Both the position numbers and the translations under genes were made by a program. From contig QXXX01000073.1 of NCBI GenBank assembly GCA_009887195.1, positions 2,000-65,999 on the forward strand: 64,000 bases of DNA. The letters run 5' to 3'. Source of the stretch: Candidatus Poseidoniales archaeon (GTDB lineage: Archaea > Thermoplasmatota > Poseidoniia > Poseidoniales > Poseidoniaceae). A model generated the notes under the pieces. It saw only the letters and a program-made list of their open reading frames with translations, was not told the DNA's origin and ran no database searches. Below are positions 19,848-29,754 of the stretch, piece after piece; position 1 is the stretch's first letter; each line of letters opens with the position of its first letter.

Positions 19848-20624
19848 ATGCGACTAGTATCGTGGAACGTAAATGGAATTAGAGCCGCCATAAGAAAGGG
19901 TATTGACGGATATTTTGAGTCGATTGACGCAGATATTTGGATGCTACAAGAGGTTAGAGCCCTACCAGAACAATTACCCAAAAATTGGTCATGGCCAGAA
20001 GGCTATGCTCACCACCTTCACACCGCAGAAAAAAAGGGCTATTCCGGTGTTGCAACAATCTCCCGTAGTCCAATGGAAGTAATTCAAACCGGCAAACCCT
20101 CAGCGGTTGACCCAAATGATTCTGAAGGCAGAATAATTGTCACAAAACATGGTTCAATAACCTGCATCAATACCTATTTGCCAAGCGGTTCAAGCGGCGA
20201 GGAAAGACAGCAATTCAAAGAAACATGGATGGCTGAATGGCGCGAATTCTTGCAACCATATCTAGCGTATGAAACCCCTGTAGTGGTTTGTGGAGACCTT
20301 AATGTCGCTCATACTGAAGATGATATTTGGAATCCTAAAGGCAACGCCAAAATGAGCGGCTTCTTACCGCAAGAACGAGAGTGGTTTTCACAATTATTAG
20401 ACGATGGCTGGCATGACGTGTTTAGGGAGCATGTGGGTCACGGCGTCCAGCAATACAGTTGGTGGTCAAATCGTGGACAAGCTAGAGCAAAAGATAGAGG
20501 CTGGAGAATAGATTATTTCTTGCTTAACCAAGCAGCCAAGAAATTAGTCAAAGATGTCCGCATCGAGCGGCAAGGCGGTCTTGATATTTCTGATCATGCA
20601 CCAGTGATATTAGATCTTAAATGA
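19848..20624 (+). CDS. xth: Exodeoxyribonuclease III / AP endonuclease (EEP family)
   Basis: MRLVSWNVNGIRA...QEV at the N-terminus, the catalytic motifs GDLNVAH and DISDHAP at the C-terminus, and a length of 258 aa. Confidence 0.85.
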   Translation: MRLVSWNVNGIRAAIRKGIDGYFESIDADIWMLQEVRALPEQLPKNWSWPEGYAHHLHTAEKKGYSGVATISRSPMEVIQTGKPSAVDPNDSEGRIIVTKHGSITCINTYLPSGSSGEERQQFKETWMAEWREFLQPYLAYETPVVVCGDLNVAHTEDDIWNPKGNAKMSGFLPQEREWFSQLLDDGWHDVFREHVGHGVQQYSWWSNRGQARAKDRGWRIDYFLLNQAAKKLVKDVRIERQGGLDISDHAPVILDLK

Positions 20625-20629
20625 AGTCT

Positions 20630-20851
20630 TCAGTGACTTTCCTCAATATCAGCCAAAGCGACCATTAACTCGTCAACCCGATCTCTTAGCGACTGTATTG
20701 AAGAATCTTGGACCACTACTTCTAACTCTACTACTCCATCACTTTCTGTTAACTTTGCCGAGCAACCCGGGCGGCTAGCAGCAGCCAATAATACCGTGCC
20801 TAGCGCAGCATCTCCAGACCATTGGATAGTGGCGGTGTATGATTCGACCAT
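20630..20851 (-). CDS. Small hypothetical protein, possibly a KEOPS Pcc1-like subunit
   Basis: 73-aa ORF in the gap between xth and hflX on the opposite strand. Its alternating beta/helix pattern and DSSIQSLRDRVDELMVALADIEE resemble the Pcc1 C-terminal helix. This is a weak call. Confidence 0.3.
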   Translation of the reverse strand: MVESYTATIQWSGDAALGTVLLAAASRPGCSAKLTESDGVVELEVVVQDSSIQSLRDRVDELMVALADIEESH

Positions 20852-20875
20852 GGCCCTTCGAGGGGGTGGGCTGAT

Positions 20876-22279
20876 ATGAGGATGACTCTTGGACTAAATA
20901 TGGCGAAGCAGGAACCAAATTACGAGGTTCTGGCAGGAGCAGGAGGTGTGTCACTTGGTGAGGCACGAACCAATCACCAAGGTCGCCGAGCACTGCTATT
21001 AGTTCGTGGCCTAGAAGACACAAATGAGTTTTGCCAATTGGCTGAAACAATGGGTATAATTATCGTCGAGAAAATTATTCAACCAGGTTCAATTGATGCC
21101 AAGGGCTATTTCGGTAAAGGCAGATTACAAGATGTAGCAGACGAACTTAGATTACGAGTTGACGGTCACCCATGGTCAAAAGTCGATTTGGTATTGATTC
21201 ACACCAATGCAACACCAAGGCAACTTGTTGCTGTGGGTGAGGCCGCAGGAGTAGAGGTTTGGGATAGAGTGCGACTATTACTTTCATTATTTACCTCACA
21301 CGCAAACTCTCTAGAAGCAAGAACGCAGGTTAGAATCGCTAGATTACAATCAGATCGAACCGTACTTAGAGAACTTGCTAATCAAACAACAACCGGGGAG
21401 CGAGCCGGGTATGGTGGGGGCGGTGTGACTGCATTGCAAGCAGTAATTGCTAACATTAATCGCGAATTAACCTCTCTGAGAAAACGCCAGCAAAAGCACT
21501 CAAAAGCCCAAGCTGAGAGACGTCGTCAAAGAATGAGAAGCGGCGCAGTGACCGTTGGGATTGCCGGGTATACCAATGCAGGGAAATCTAGCTTTTTTCT
21601 CAAAATGTCAGGGAAAGAAGTGCTTGTAGAAGATAAACTATTTTCAACTTTAGAGACGACAGTAGGCCGTCTTGCAGCTAGTCCAAGAGTACTACTTGCC
21701 GATACGATTGGGTTTATTGATAATTTACCCAACGCAACCCTCGATGCATTTAGAGCCACACTTGCTGAGGCATTAGAGTGCGATATGTTGCTATTACTCG
21801 TCGATGCGACAGACGAAATTAGTGAATTTGAAAGAAAACTTTCCGCAACTAGACGAGAAATTAATGCCAGGTATCTTAGCGAGGATCAAACAGAAGAAAT
21901 CTTGTCTGAGCGGAAAATAATGTGTGTTTTAACCAAGATTGAATCTTTAAAGCCCGAAGAACTTGCGCAAAAAGAAGCCAAGGTAATCGATTATGGGTAT
22001 GGCCAACCAATGTCTATTTCAGTCCATGAAAACCTTGGAATCAACGAATTACAAAACGAGATGCTGGCTTTGCTATTTGGCCAACCCGCAACTTTAGTAC
22101 TTATTCCAGCAGACGCGGGGAGAGATATTGAAGGGTATGTTGCAGATGTATATGATGCTGCAATGGTTATTGACAAAACTGTAGATAAAAAGGGAGTAAT
22201 CACAATGCAAGTTTGGATTAGCGACCAATCTCTTGCTAGACTCATTGCTAATTCTAAAGGACGCATTGGAGTCAAGTAG
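20876..22279 (+). CDS. hflX: GTPase HflX
   Basis: HflX N-terminal domain followed by a G domain with GIAGYTNAGKSSFF (G1), DTIGFI (G3) and TKIE (G4). The start may be the internal Met at MAKQEP. Confidence 0.8.
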   Translation: MRMTLGLNMAKQEPNYEVLAGAGGVSLGEARTNHQGRRALLLVRGLEDTNEFCQLAETMGIIIVEKIIQPGSIDAKGYFGKGRLQDVADELRLRVDGHPWSKVDLVLIHTNATPRQLVAVGEAAGVEVWDRVRLLLSLFTSHANSLEARTQVRIARLQSDRTVLRELANQTTTGERAGYGGGGVTALQAVIANINRELTSLRKRQQKHSKAQAERRRQRMRSGAVTVGIAGYTNAGKSSFFLKMSGKEVLVEDKLFSTLETTVGRLAASPRVLLADTIGFIDNLPNATLDAFRATLAEALECDMLLLLVDATDEISEFERKLSATRREINARYLSEDQTEEILSERKIMCVLTKIESLKPEELAQKEAKVIDYGYGQPMSISVHENLGINELQNEMLALLFGQPATLVLIPADAGRDIEGYVADVYDAAMVIDKTVDKKGVITMQVWISDQSLARLIANSKGRIGVK

Positions 22280-22299
22280 GAAGAAGTTCTAGCAATTTC

Positions 22300-23187
22300 A
22301 TGGGCGAAGACGACTTGTCGGATTCGGACTATATCGATGAGTTAACCGGGCTTGTTGAACCAACCGGCAACTTGATGTTTACAACAACAGAAAGCAAGCT
22401 GACCATTGAGGTTAACGAACTAACCAGAGTAGGCCATTCAATAGCAGTTCTAGTTCTCATAACTTGCTTACTTGGCTTAGCTAACGGGCTTGATTTCACA
22501 CAACCCGAATCAGGACTTGTAAGGCCAGATGAGTTTGTATTCCGATTTGCTCAAAATGCACCTGATGAATCTGCTATTTTTAACGGCCATGTATATGATG
22601 ACCAAGGTGAACCAATCGACAATGCAACAGTCTACATCTCTTGGTATGAGGGCGATTTTTGGAACACTAGTTCAACCGAAACGAGTGGTGATGGATTTTT
22701 TGAAATTGAGTTATTAGATCCTGGAATTACTCGAGTAGACATAATAGTTGATAGAAACGACTTCAAAGATCGCTATTCTAACCGAGTACTACTATCTCCT
22801 CCGGCATTATTTGAGCCCATAGGTTTCACTAGTATTGATTTCAACATCCCTTCTCAACAGACGTTTGCTGACCAGCCATGTGCCGATGGTACAACAAACT
22901 GTACAATTAGAGAAATTGATAATTCAGCCAAACAAATGGACCACCCGCTTATGGATTCAGGGGCGTCGATGATTTATTCGACAATCGGCATTGGTTTTGT
23001 CAGTTTGGCGGTCATTGCAGCAGGATTCGCTATTTGGTCGATGAAAACAGGATCTGTTTACTTACTTCGAACAGCTTCAGTGTTGTCATTTTTTACTATG
23101 GGGCATTACTATTCAGCCTGTATGTTTAGTTTAGTTGCCTTCATCCTAACCTTTACCATCAGCAAACCACGCCGTACACTCAAGTAA
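22300..23187 (+). CDS. Membrane protein with an extracellular CarboxypepD_reg-like (transthyretin-like) beta-sandwich domain
   Basis: Has an N-terminal TM (VGHSIAVLVLITCLLGLANGL), a GHVYDDQGEPIDNATVYISWYEGDFW...GDGFFEIE motif typical of the CarbopepD_reg-like fold, and two C-terminal TM helices. Confidence 0.45.
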   Translation: MGEDDLSDSDYIDELTGLVEPTGNLMFTTTESKLTIEVNELTRVGHSIAVLVLITCLLGLANGLDFTQPESGLVRPDEFVFRFAQNAPDESAIFNGHVYDDQGEPIDNATVYISWYEGDFWNTSSTETSGDGFFEIELLDPGITRVDIIVDRNDFKDRYSNRVLLSPPALFEPIGFTSIDFNIPSQQTFADQPCADGTTNCTIREIDNSAKQMDHPLMDSGASMIYSTIGIGFVSLAVIAAGFAIWSMKTGSVYLLRTASVLSFFTMGHYYSACMFSLVAFILTFTISKPRRTLK

Positions 23188-23245
23188 GCAAAACCTTGAG
23201 CAATCTTCCGTCTGTATTATCACCTCTAACAGCCTAACAGGCTCT

Positions 23246-24316
23246 ATGAACATGATTGGCGCATGTTGGATGACCCGCCTGCTGGGTGAACCCGTGTCAT
23301 CATTATCAATTGATGAATCCAACGACATCATTGCCGGTGGGTGGAGCGGTGTGCTGTCATATTGGGACTGTGATGGCGACAATAGTTGGTCAACCAAGTT
23401 GCCAGACAGAATAGGATGCATCATATCTAATCAAGAATTTGTATTTGCCACAGCAGGCCTACACATCGTGGCAGTGAGCCGAACTTCCGGCGAGGTGTTG
23501 TGGCAATTTGCTCTTGAAGGTAGTGCGGATGAGGTGGTAATTCACGGAGAACGTGTTTATGCTACGTCCTCAGTTTACGATATAGAGCACAATGATTTTA
23601 TCGATTCAGCAGTTTGGTGTTTTTCCTTTGATGGAGAACACCTGTGGACCAAGCACATGGATGAGCGCCCATGGACCATTTTTCCCGACAATAAAGCGGT
23701 AATCATAGGCCTTGGAAGGCCAAAAATGGGCATAGCAATAATCAATCAAGATGGAGATTTAAACTATCAACAACTAGACTCCAATTCACCAGTTACCTTT
23801 GGTGGATTAATTGGTAGTAGGCCGTTGTTTGGCCATGCTAATGGAGATATATCTTCCATCGACGGTAACATTACTAGTATAACAGGTGAATCAATTGAAG
23901 GGGTTTTAACAGATAACCAAGAAAACCTAATCGTTGTTGCAGAACATTCAGTTCAATCTTTTAATAACAATCAATCTCTATTATGGGTGATGAAAAACCT
24001 CCAAACATCAGGCCATGCAATAGGTTTTGAGATAAATAATATCCAGACCTTCTGGTGTGCACAGCCTGATGGATTAAACGGGACACTGAAAGTTATCTCT
24101 TGTGATAGCGGGCAACAAATCACAGCAATGAGTTGTAGTAAGATAAGCAATATCGTGGCTAGTGGCAACCGTGTTGTTGTTGGCAACGAAGCGGGTGAAG
24201 TTCTCGTTTGGGATGCAGATATGCTAAACAGAAGACTTGAGGGAGATATTGATCCAGCCCAAGACGACCGTAAAAGAGCCATGCGCGACCGTCTTAAAGC
24301 GCTGAAGAAGCGCTAA
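23246..24316 (+). CDS. PQQ-like beta-propeller repeat protein (cytoplasmic)
   Basis: Contains repeated VxxxDGxxLW motifs (SGEVLWQFALEG; GEHLWTKHMDE), has no signal peptide and ends in a basic C-terminal tail. Confidence 0.5.
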   Translation: MNMIGACWMTRLLGEPVSSLSIDESNDIIAGGWSGVLSYWDCDGDNSWSTKLPDRIGCIISNQEFVFATAGLHIVAVSRTSGEVLWQFALEGSADEVVIHGERVYATSSVYDIEHNDFIDSAVWCFSFDGEHLWTKHMDERPWTIFPDNKAVIIGLGRPKMGIAIINQDGDLNYQQLDSNSPVTFGGLIGSRPLFGHANGDISSIDGNITSITGESIEGVLTDNQENLIVVAEHSVQSFNNNQSLLWVMKNLQTSGHAIGFEINNIQTFWCAQPDGLNGTLKVISCDSGQQITAMSCSKISNIVASGNRVVVGNEAGEVLVWDADMLNRRLEGDIDPAQDDRKRAMRDRLKALKKR

Positions 24317-25139
24317 TATCTACCTGATCTTCTAGCCCAATCATCTCAATAATCTTGTACATCCACTCTAGTTTCATCATTTTTTGGTCGATATTGGTAT
24401 TACCTGACCATTGGCCAATTTGCCCAGTCGAAAATCCAACGAGCTTTATCTTGTCTAATGTCACACCTAGCCCTATTGCTAAACACACAGCACGATCACC
24501 ATCAGTAAAGCCGCCATAATTAACCAAACCGTCTACAAATTGATCGACTTGATGAGTCAATATTAGACTCGGCTGAGTCGCATATCTGTTCCATTTATCA
24601 AGCGTTTTTTGCCATCTTTGCTGGTTATCTCCGTGGGCATGAGCGACAAAAAGAACGCCGCATTTGGCGACTGCATCAAGATGAGGGTTACCATCAAAAT
24701 CGGTCACTACACAGGCTAGGTTAGGATGGTTGGCAATTGCACCAACCGACCCATCCGCCGCAATAATCGCGCAATTTTGTAAGTTAACAGTTGACAGTTC
24801 TTCGTCAGTTACAGATGCCCCGACAATGATAACTTGACCACTTTCCGTGAGAGTTTTCTGTAAATTATTTTTATTAATATCTCGATTTTCTGTTGACCAT
24901 TTTTCAACACCATAAGGGCGCTGCGTCGAAAACAATTTACTCATTAGATTAGCACTTGATAAATCATCATTATAGTTCCAACCAAAGTAATCTCTTACCA
25001 CAGACTGCACTTGTATTAATGCCAGGGCTAACTCTTCAGTCACAACCCTGCCAGATGAATCAACCAAATGAACCATTATCATGGTGGTATTGATATGGGT
25101 CTTAGAATGTCGAGTCCTCATGCCGACTCCAAAAGTCAC
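24294..25139 (-). CDS. MptE-like / DUF115 family protein (6-hydroxymethylpterin diphosphokinase-like or thiamine pyrophosphokinase-like fold)
   Basis: CAIIAADGSVGAI...CVVTDFDGNPHLD matches the ADGG...GDFDS pattern shared by MptE and TPK-like pyrophosphokinases. The true start is probably an internal Met (about 25082), which avoids head-to-head overlap with priL. Confidence 0.4.
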   Translation of the reverse strand: MTFGVGMRTRHSKTHINTTMIMVHLVDSSGRVVTEELALALIQVQSVVRDYFGWNYNDDLSSANLMSKLFSTQRPYGVEKWSTENRDINKNNLQKTLTESGQVIIVGASVTDEELSTVNLQNCAIIAADGSVGAIANHPNLACVVTDFDGNPHLDAVAKCGVLFVAHAHGDNQQRWQKTLDKWNRYATQPSLILTHQVDQFVDGLVNYGGFTDGDRAVCLAIGLGVTLDKIKLVGFSTGQIGQWSGNTNIDQKMMKLEWMYKIIEMIGLEDQVDISASSAL

Positions 25140-26382
25140 CCCTTCAATAGAGGATGCTGTGACTTTAGCTAGGTACCCATTCCTTCCTCAGGCCGCGTCT
25201 TGGATACAAAATTTAGCCCTCGACCATGAAATAGATTTGGAGGAGCTATTGGAAGGCCAGTGGATGGAAAAAGCCAGACAAAGGGCCCGCATCAGATTGA
25301 TAGATTCGATTGAATCAAAGGAAGGAGTTGCCGTTGTTGGCGGGGATATTTTTACTGAAGAAGGCCGAATAATTGAAGCATTTTCATTTTATTATGCCCG
25401 TCTGGTAGTATTTGCCTCCGAAGATGAACGACTGATTTCACGCTGGGCACAAGCTGAGGCAACACGCGCTGAACAGATTCTAACTAGAGATTCTGAAAAT
25501 CTGGTAAAAATTGCTAAAACGTTTATTTCGCAAATCGAAAAAGATGAGCAATCGGTTGCACCCTTACAATCAAGTAATCGGGCAAGTGTACGAAAAATTA
25601 GGCAAAGCCAAGACGGCAGTATATGGAAAATTGGCCTTGCTGATTTTATTGAGATATGCCCAAAGATTACCGGCTCAAGGTGGCGCCTAGCAAATAATCA
25701 GGTTAGTGCAGGAAAAGTAACGCTGTTCAACGAACAACAATATTCCTCATCAGCAAAACTAGCCAGATTACTCAGGGAGCGAATAAAGCAACACATAGAA
25801 CAAGAAGCACTTGAAAAGATGAAAAATATCGACATGGAACTTGCCATGCGCCTTGCAGAGCCTGTGGGGATGGTTAGAAACCTAATGGCAAGCAAAGCTA
25901 GTGAGGCAATTGCTCTAGTCGGGGCAGAAGAATCAGACTGGCCACCTTGCATGAGAAACATAATTGCAGAATTAACCAATGGAGTAAATGTTAACCACTT
26001 TGGCCGATTATTCCTTGCTTCAATATCAGCAGCCTTAGCCTTGCCCGAAGAATCCTGCGTTGGATTTTTCAAAGGAGCGCCCGACTTTAAAGAATCAACG
26101 ACTTCCTATCAAGTAAAACACGTATATGAGGGGTCATACACGCCTGCTGGATGTAGTAAATTGAAATTAAATCACAATTGTCCCGTGCTGCCGGGAGACG
26201 ACCGTTTATGCGACATCTCATGGATGGATCATCCACTAAAATATATCCGGGCAACACAACGTTGGAAGGCAAAAAACCGTAAAGTGGAAGTCGAGGTTCG
26301 ACCAGACGATTCACCAATTGATGGGGAACAAATCAATCAATCGGAAATAAAAGATTCCGTAGCAGAACCTGCCGAATCATAA
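25081..26382 (+). CDS. priL: DNA primase large subunit PriL
   Basis: The C-terminal Fe-S domain motif DWPPCMRNII...LTNG.N..HFGRLFL is characteristic of archaeal/eukaryotic PriL, and further Cys residues follow (CVGFF; GCSKLKLNHNCP). The start is probably the internal Met at about 25120. Confidence 0.7.
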   Translation: MVVLIWVLECRVLMPTPKVTPSIEDAVTLARYPFLPQAASWIQNLALDHEIDLEELLEGQWMEKARQRARIRLIDSIESKEGVAVVGGDIFTEEGRIIEAFSFYYARLVVFASEDERLISRWAQAEATRAEQILTRDSENLVKIAKTFISQIEKDEQSVAPLQSSNRASVRKIRQSQDGSIWKIGLADFIEICPKITGSRWRLANNQVSAGKVTLFNEQQYSSSAKLARLLRERIKQHIEQEALEKMKNIDMELAMRLAEPVGMVRNLMASKASEAIALVGAEESDWPPCMRNIIAELTNGVNVNHFGRLFLASISAALALPEESCVGFFKGAPDFKESTTSYQVKHVYEGSYTPAGCSKLKLNHNCPVLPGDDRLCDISWMDHPLKYIRATQRWKAKNRKVEVEVRPDDSPIDGEQINQSEIKDSVAEPAES

Positions 26383-26436
26383 TCAAATCGCGCGAAGGAT
26401 TTGAATCGTAAGACGATTTAGCACGTACATCCTAAG

Positions 26437-27564
26437 GTGAATTCTATGACTCGAACGCTCGTTTTGACAGTTGATCGTGACAACGATCTTGGTATTAAAA
26501 CCGCTATTAGAGGGCCTGTAGTAGGGCGCCGTCAAGTGCTTACAGCCGCACTAAAACTTGGTATTGCCGATCCAGAAGAAAGCGACACAAATGCAATTTT
26601 AGGTGCATTATCGCAACACGACAACTTATCAGAATCACTCGGGGATGATGATGAGGTTGAAATCGCTATCCTTACCGGTGATGAAAAAGTGGGGATTCGT
26701 TCAGACCGAGCCATTGCTGCACAACTCGAAGAAATAGTTACCACATTTCAACCAGATAAAGCAATTCTAGTAACCGATGGCGCTGAAGACGAATCGGTAT
26801 TGCCGATTATTCAGTCCCAAGTAAGAATTGATCACGTCGAGAAAATAATCGTCAAACAATCAAAAGGTATCGAAGGCACTTATTATTACATCGTTAAGGC
26901 TCTAGAGGATCCTAAATGGCGAGCTAAGATTATGATTCCATTTGGACTTGTACTGGCGATATTGGGGCTTGGAATAATGCTGCCTGCAGAAATAGGTGGC
27001 ATTGTGATTGGTGCACTTCCATTAGTCTCTGGGCTGTATATCTTCAGCAAGGGTGCAGGAATCGAGACAACGGTAAATCGGGTAATTCAGGAAATGCGAG
27101 ACAACGCAGACGCAGCAATGTTCTCCTCATTATTGTGGACCGCCACCTTGTTCAGTGCAATATTTGCCGTAGCTGAAGGTTATCGAGCTTATACAAATCT
27201 AGTGACTGATAGTTCAAATTCGATACTATGGCTTGAGGTTACCCATGCAGCTTTGGCGTGGATAGTTATTGCGTTCTTAACCTCAACAGCAGGATTTATG
27301 TTTTTACGCCTTAGACGCGGTTCTTTTTCTGGGCGATTAATAGTATTGAGTATATTTGGCATGGTGGTTTATTCATTCGTAGATTCAGCTTTACAAATCT
27401 CAACAAATGTTCTCAATGGAGAATCGTATGAATTTAGTGTCAATCAAATCTTGACAGATTTGGCATATCCACTGATTTGGGTAGTTGTGCTATGGATGGC
27501 CACGACCATCAAGAATTCATTACAAGCCAAACAAGCCCAGTCAGACCGCTACTGGGGAATTTAA
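26437..27564 (+). CDS. Polytopic membrane protein with an N-terminal soluble domain (DUF373-like archaeal family)
   Basis: Has a soluble N-terminal domain of about 160 aa (LVLTVDRDNDLGIKT...) followed by about 6 TM helices. This architecture resembles archaeal DUF373 proteins, and the family call is tentative. Confidence 0.35.
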   Translation: MNSMTRTLVLTVDRDNDLGIKTAIRGPVVGRRQVLTAALKLGIADPEESDTNAILGALSQHDNLSESLGDDDEVEIAILTGDEKVGIRSDRAIAAQLEEIVTTFQPDKAILVTDGAEDESVLPIIQSQVRIDHVEKIIVKQSKGIEGTYYYIVKALEDPKWRAKIMIPFGLVLAILGLGIMLPAEIGGIVIGALPLVSGLYIFSKGAGIETTVNRVIQEMRDNADAAMFSSLLWTATLFSAIFAVAEGYRAYTNLVTDSSNSILWLEVTHAALAWIVIAFLTSTAGFMFLRLRRGSFSGRLIVLSIFGMVVYSFVDSALQISTNVLNGESYEFSVNQILTDLAYPLIWVVVLWMATTIKNSLQAKQAQSDRYWGI

Positions 27565-28047
27565 TCACAGAATAAAGCGTGGTAAGTTCTTAGCCATTGT
27601 TTTGTGACCCACAACACCAATCAAGACTCCTTGTTGGTTTACCACTGCAACCTGATTTAAGTCATGAGTTAGCATTAGTGCCCCAGCTTTTAGCAGGGGA
27701 GTATTTGATTTCACTGTCAGCGGTGGCAAATTGATTAGTTGCTTTGCTGGGACGCTCAACATCCAAGCAACCGAACGTTCAACATTCTTTTTTGCGACAA
27801 TCTTCAGTACATCGACTGCATGAATTCTCCCCATTGGGACACCTTCCTTGTTAACAACGAAAACGTGGTCCCAATTATTTTGCGTCAGATCGTCTAAAAC
27901 ATCAGCCATAGTATCGTTAGCAAAAACCCAGTTTGCATCAGTCATAGTTTCTCTACAACTGATACTCCTAACGGCTTTAGACCGTTCTTGTGGAGTCATA
28001 TTCTCCAATTTATCACGTACTGTTTTGCGCATTTTTGTCCTACTCAT
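27565..28047 (-). CDS. CBS-domain pair protein
   Basis: 160 aa with two CBS-like segments (HVFVVNKEGVPMGRIHAVDVLK; VAVVNQQGVLIGVVGHKTM). Confidence 0.6.
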   Translation of the reverse strand: MSRTKMRKTVRDKLENMTPQERSKAVRSISCRETMTDANWVFANDTMADVLDDLTQNNWDHVFVVNKEGVPMGRIHAVDVLKIVAKKNVERSVAWMLSVPAKQLINLPPLTVKSNTPLLKAGALMLTHDLNQVAVVNQQGVLIGVVGHKTMAKNLPRFIL

Positions 28048-28099
28048 ACCTAGGCCCCTTAACCCGTGGCCGACGACAATCTGTTTTGAACTCTTCCAA

Positions 28100-28135
28100 T
28101 ATATATATCATATATTTGCCCTGTTTTTGCAAATT
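28100..28135. promoter_or_regulatory. AT-rich TATA-like element (atatatatatcatatattt) in a 144-bp intergenic region, probable archaeal promoter for the divergent genes
   Basis: Read directly from the sequence. It is the only strongly AT-rich block in the gap between the CBS gene (-) and the zinc-ribbon ORF (+). Confidence 0.35.
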
Positions 28136-28191
28136 TCCCCCTTGCTCAAAGTAGGTAAATGCTCTAAAACAAAGATAACCCCCATTACACT

Positions 28192-28542
28192 ATGACGATT
28201 ATCTCCCCCGATGAATACACGCTTCTTATGGCAGCACCAGATTATGAGAGAAACTTGCAAGCGGTTAACATTGGTAAAAAGTACGGCCTAACATCAAACC
28301 AAATATTGTCAATGTTGCCACTCAAGCAACCCCTAGGCCAACAACGAATTAATACCACACTGCCATCAACCAGTAACTACCGATTCGAATATGACCCTAG
28401 TCAAGATGCTTCACAACGACGTCAACAAGTAAGTCAGGCAATTAATTGCCCAGGGTGCGGAGCTGCACTAGGCATCCCAGCGGTTCGACCAATCAAGGTT
28501 ACCTGCCCCCAATGTCAACTCGAATCAACCTTCATGGAATAA
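28192..28542 (+). CDS. Hypothetical protein with a C-terminal zinc ribbon
   Basis: 116 aa with CPGCGAALG...CPQCQ (CxxC...CxxC). Confidence 0.4.
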   Translation: MTIISPDEYTLLMAAPDYERNLQAVNIGKKYGLTSNQILSMLPLKQPLGQQRINTTLPSTSNYRFEYDPSQDASQRRQQVSQAINCPGCGAALGIPAVRPIKVTCPQCQLESTFME

Positions 28543-28579
28543 TCGGCGTATTCAAGAACATAAACTTCGAGGCCACTAC

Positions 28580-29389
28580 ATGGAGAAGATGAATGCCTCT
28601 ATGTGGCAATATACTCCCAACAATTCACCACACCCGTTGCCAAAAAGCTCGTTCATTATTTCCAATCAAGAAATTCTCTCGCTTAATTTACCGCAAATGA
28701 CCGAACATGAGATGGCTATTGATAGCATCAAAGAAGCGGTTGCTAATGCTATGGTTGGACAAGAAAAATTAAGTGAACATTTGACAAACAATACTGCTCC
28801 CTCAATGGCTGATAGAAAACCCCTATTGCTTCTTGGAGAGTTAGCAAACCCGTTTCAATTAGCCCGTCTTGGGCTTGGAATAATACCAGTGGTTACAGTT
28901 AGGATTAGAGATCTGTGCCGTACATATGCAGACAGTCTCGATTCACGCTTGATACAACCTGGCATTCATCACATTACAATGGCTAGATCGAAGGGGTGGT
29001 GGGAATTGACCCATCTTAGCTTTGTTACTGTTCAGCAAATGAAGTCAATGATACAATGGCTGGGCAATGGCGCAAGTACCGATTGGCGACCAGTAAAGCC
29101 TAATGAGGGGGAAATAATGTTAGAATTCGACCCTGAACTCAGGCACCCAACCATGGAATCGATGTCTTCGCAAGGCAATATCGAGATATGCAACGATGTA
29201 GAACCAGACCAAAACGGGCCTAAATTTGACATAAACCAAGTAATTGTTCCAGTCCATACTAGGTATGGATGTTATGATAGTAGAGGGAAGATCATTCGAA
29301 ATTATCATATCGGTCAAAGAGACTTTCATTCAAACTATTTTAGAAAAGGCTCTTCCATGAAATGGCAGGACATTTTGACAACTCTCTAA
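28580..29389 (+). CDS. Hypothetical protein
   Basis: 269-aa ORF with no recognised motif. Confidence 0.35.
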   Translation: MEKMNASMWQYTPNNSPHPLPKSSFIISNQEILSLNLPQMTEHEMAIDSIKEAVANAMVGQEKLSEHLTNNTAPSMADRKPLLLLGELANPFQLARLGLGIIPVVTVRIRDLCRTYADSLDSRLIQPGIHHITMARSKGWWELTHLSFVTVQQMKSMIQWLGNGASTDWRPVKPNEGEIMLEFDPELRHPTMESMSSQGNIEICNDVEPDQNGPKFDINQVIVPVHTRYGCYDSRGKIIRNYHIGQRDFHSNYFRKGSSMKWQDILTTL

Positions 29390-29456
29390 ACACTCACACT
29401 GGGGGCCCAAGGATATCCCAATTTAGCAATTATATATCTTGCAAGCGTAATAATAT

Positions 29457-29717
29457 ATGATACAAATGAGAGGGAAAGGAAGTCAAAAAGAAGCCAGACT
29501 AGAACGGCTAAAGGAAGAGATAATTGAATACATTGCAGTCGTTCCAGACTGTTCTGCAGCAGACATAGTTCATTATCTATCCAATGAGCGTAGAATGCGT
29601 AATCATGGCCTAACAACAAGAAAGGTAGGGCTATTTATCCCACGATATTTATCTGATATTATAGGCTTCAAATTAGACAATACTACAGGCAAGAGGCTGT
29701 ACAGGGTGGCTGCATAA
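29457..29717 (+). CDS. Small hypothetical protein, possible winged-helix DNA-binding protein
   Basis: 86 aa, basic, with a helix-turn-helix-like segment (AADIVHYLSNERRMRNHGLTTRKVG). Confidence 0.3.
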   Translation: MIQMRGKGSQKEARLERLKEEIIEYIAVVPDCSAADIVHYLSNERRMRNHGLTTRKVGLFIPRYLSDIIGFKLDNTTGKRLYRVAA

Positions 29718-29754
29718 ACGGCAGATTCATTGGCATAGACCTTTTCGGACAACC

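Noticed and set aside
20775-21050. A 91-aa minus-strand ORF overlapping the 5' end of hflX.
   Set aside because: It overlaps the better-supported hflX start and the Pcc1-like ORF, has no motif, and is most likely a spurious antisense frame.
25081-25139. An apparent 59-bp head-to-head overlap between priL (+) and the MptE-like gene (-).
   Set aside because: Both ORFs have in-frame internal Met codons (about 25120 for priL, about 25082 for the minus gene) that resolve the overlap. It is treated as start-codon over-extension rather than real overlapping coding.
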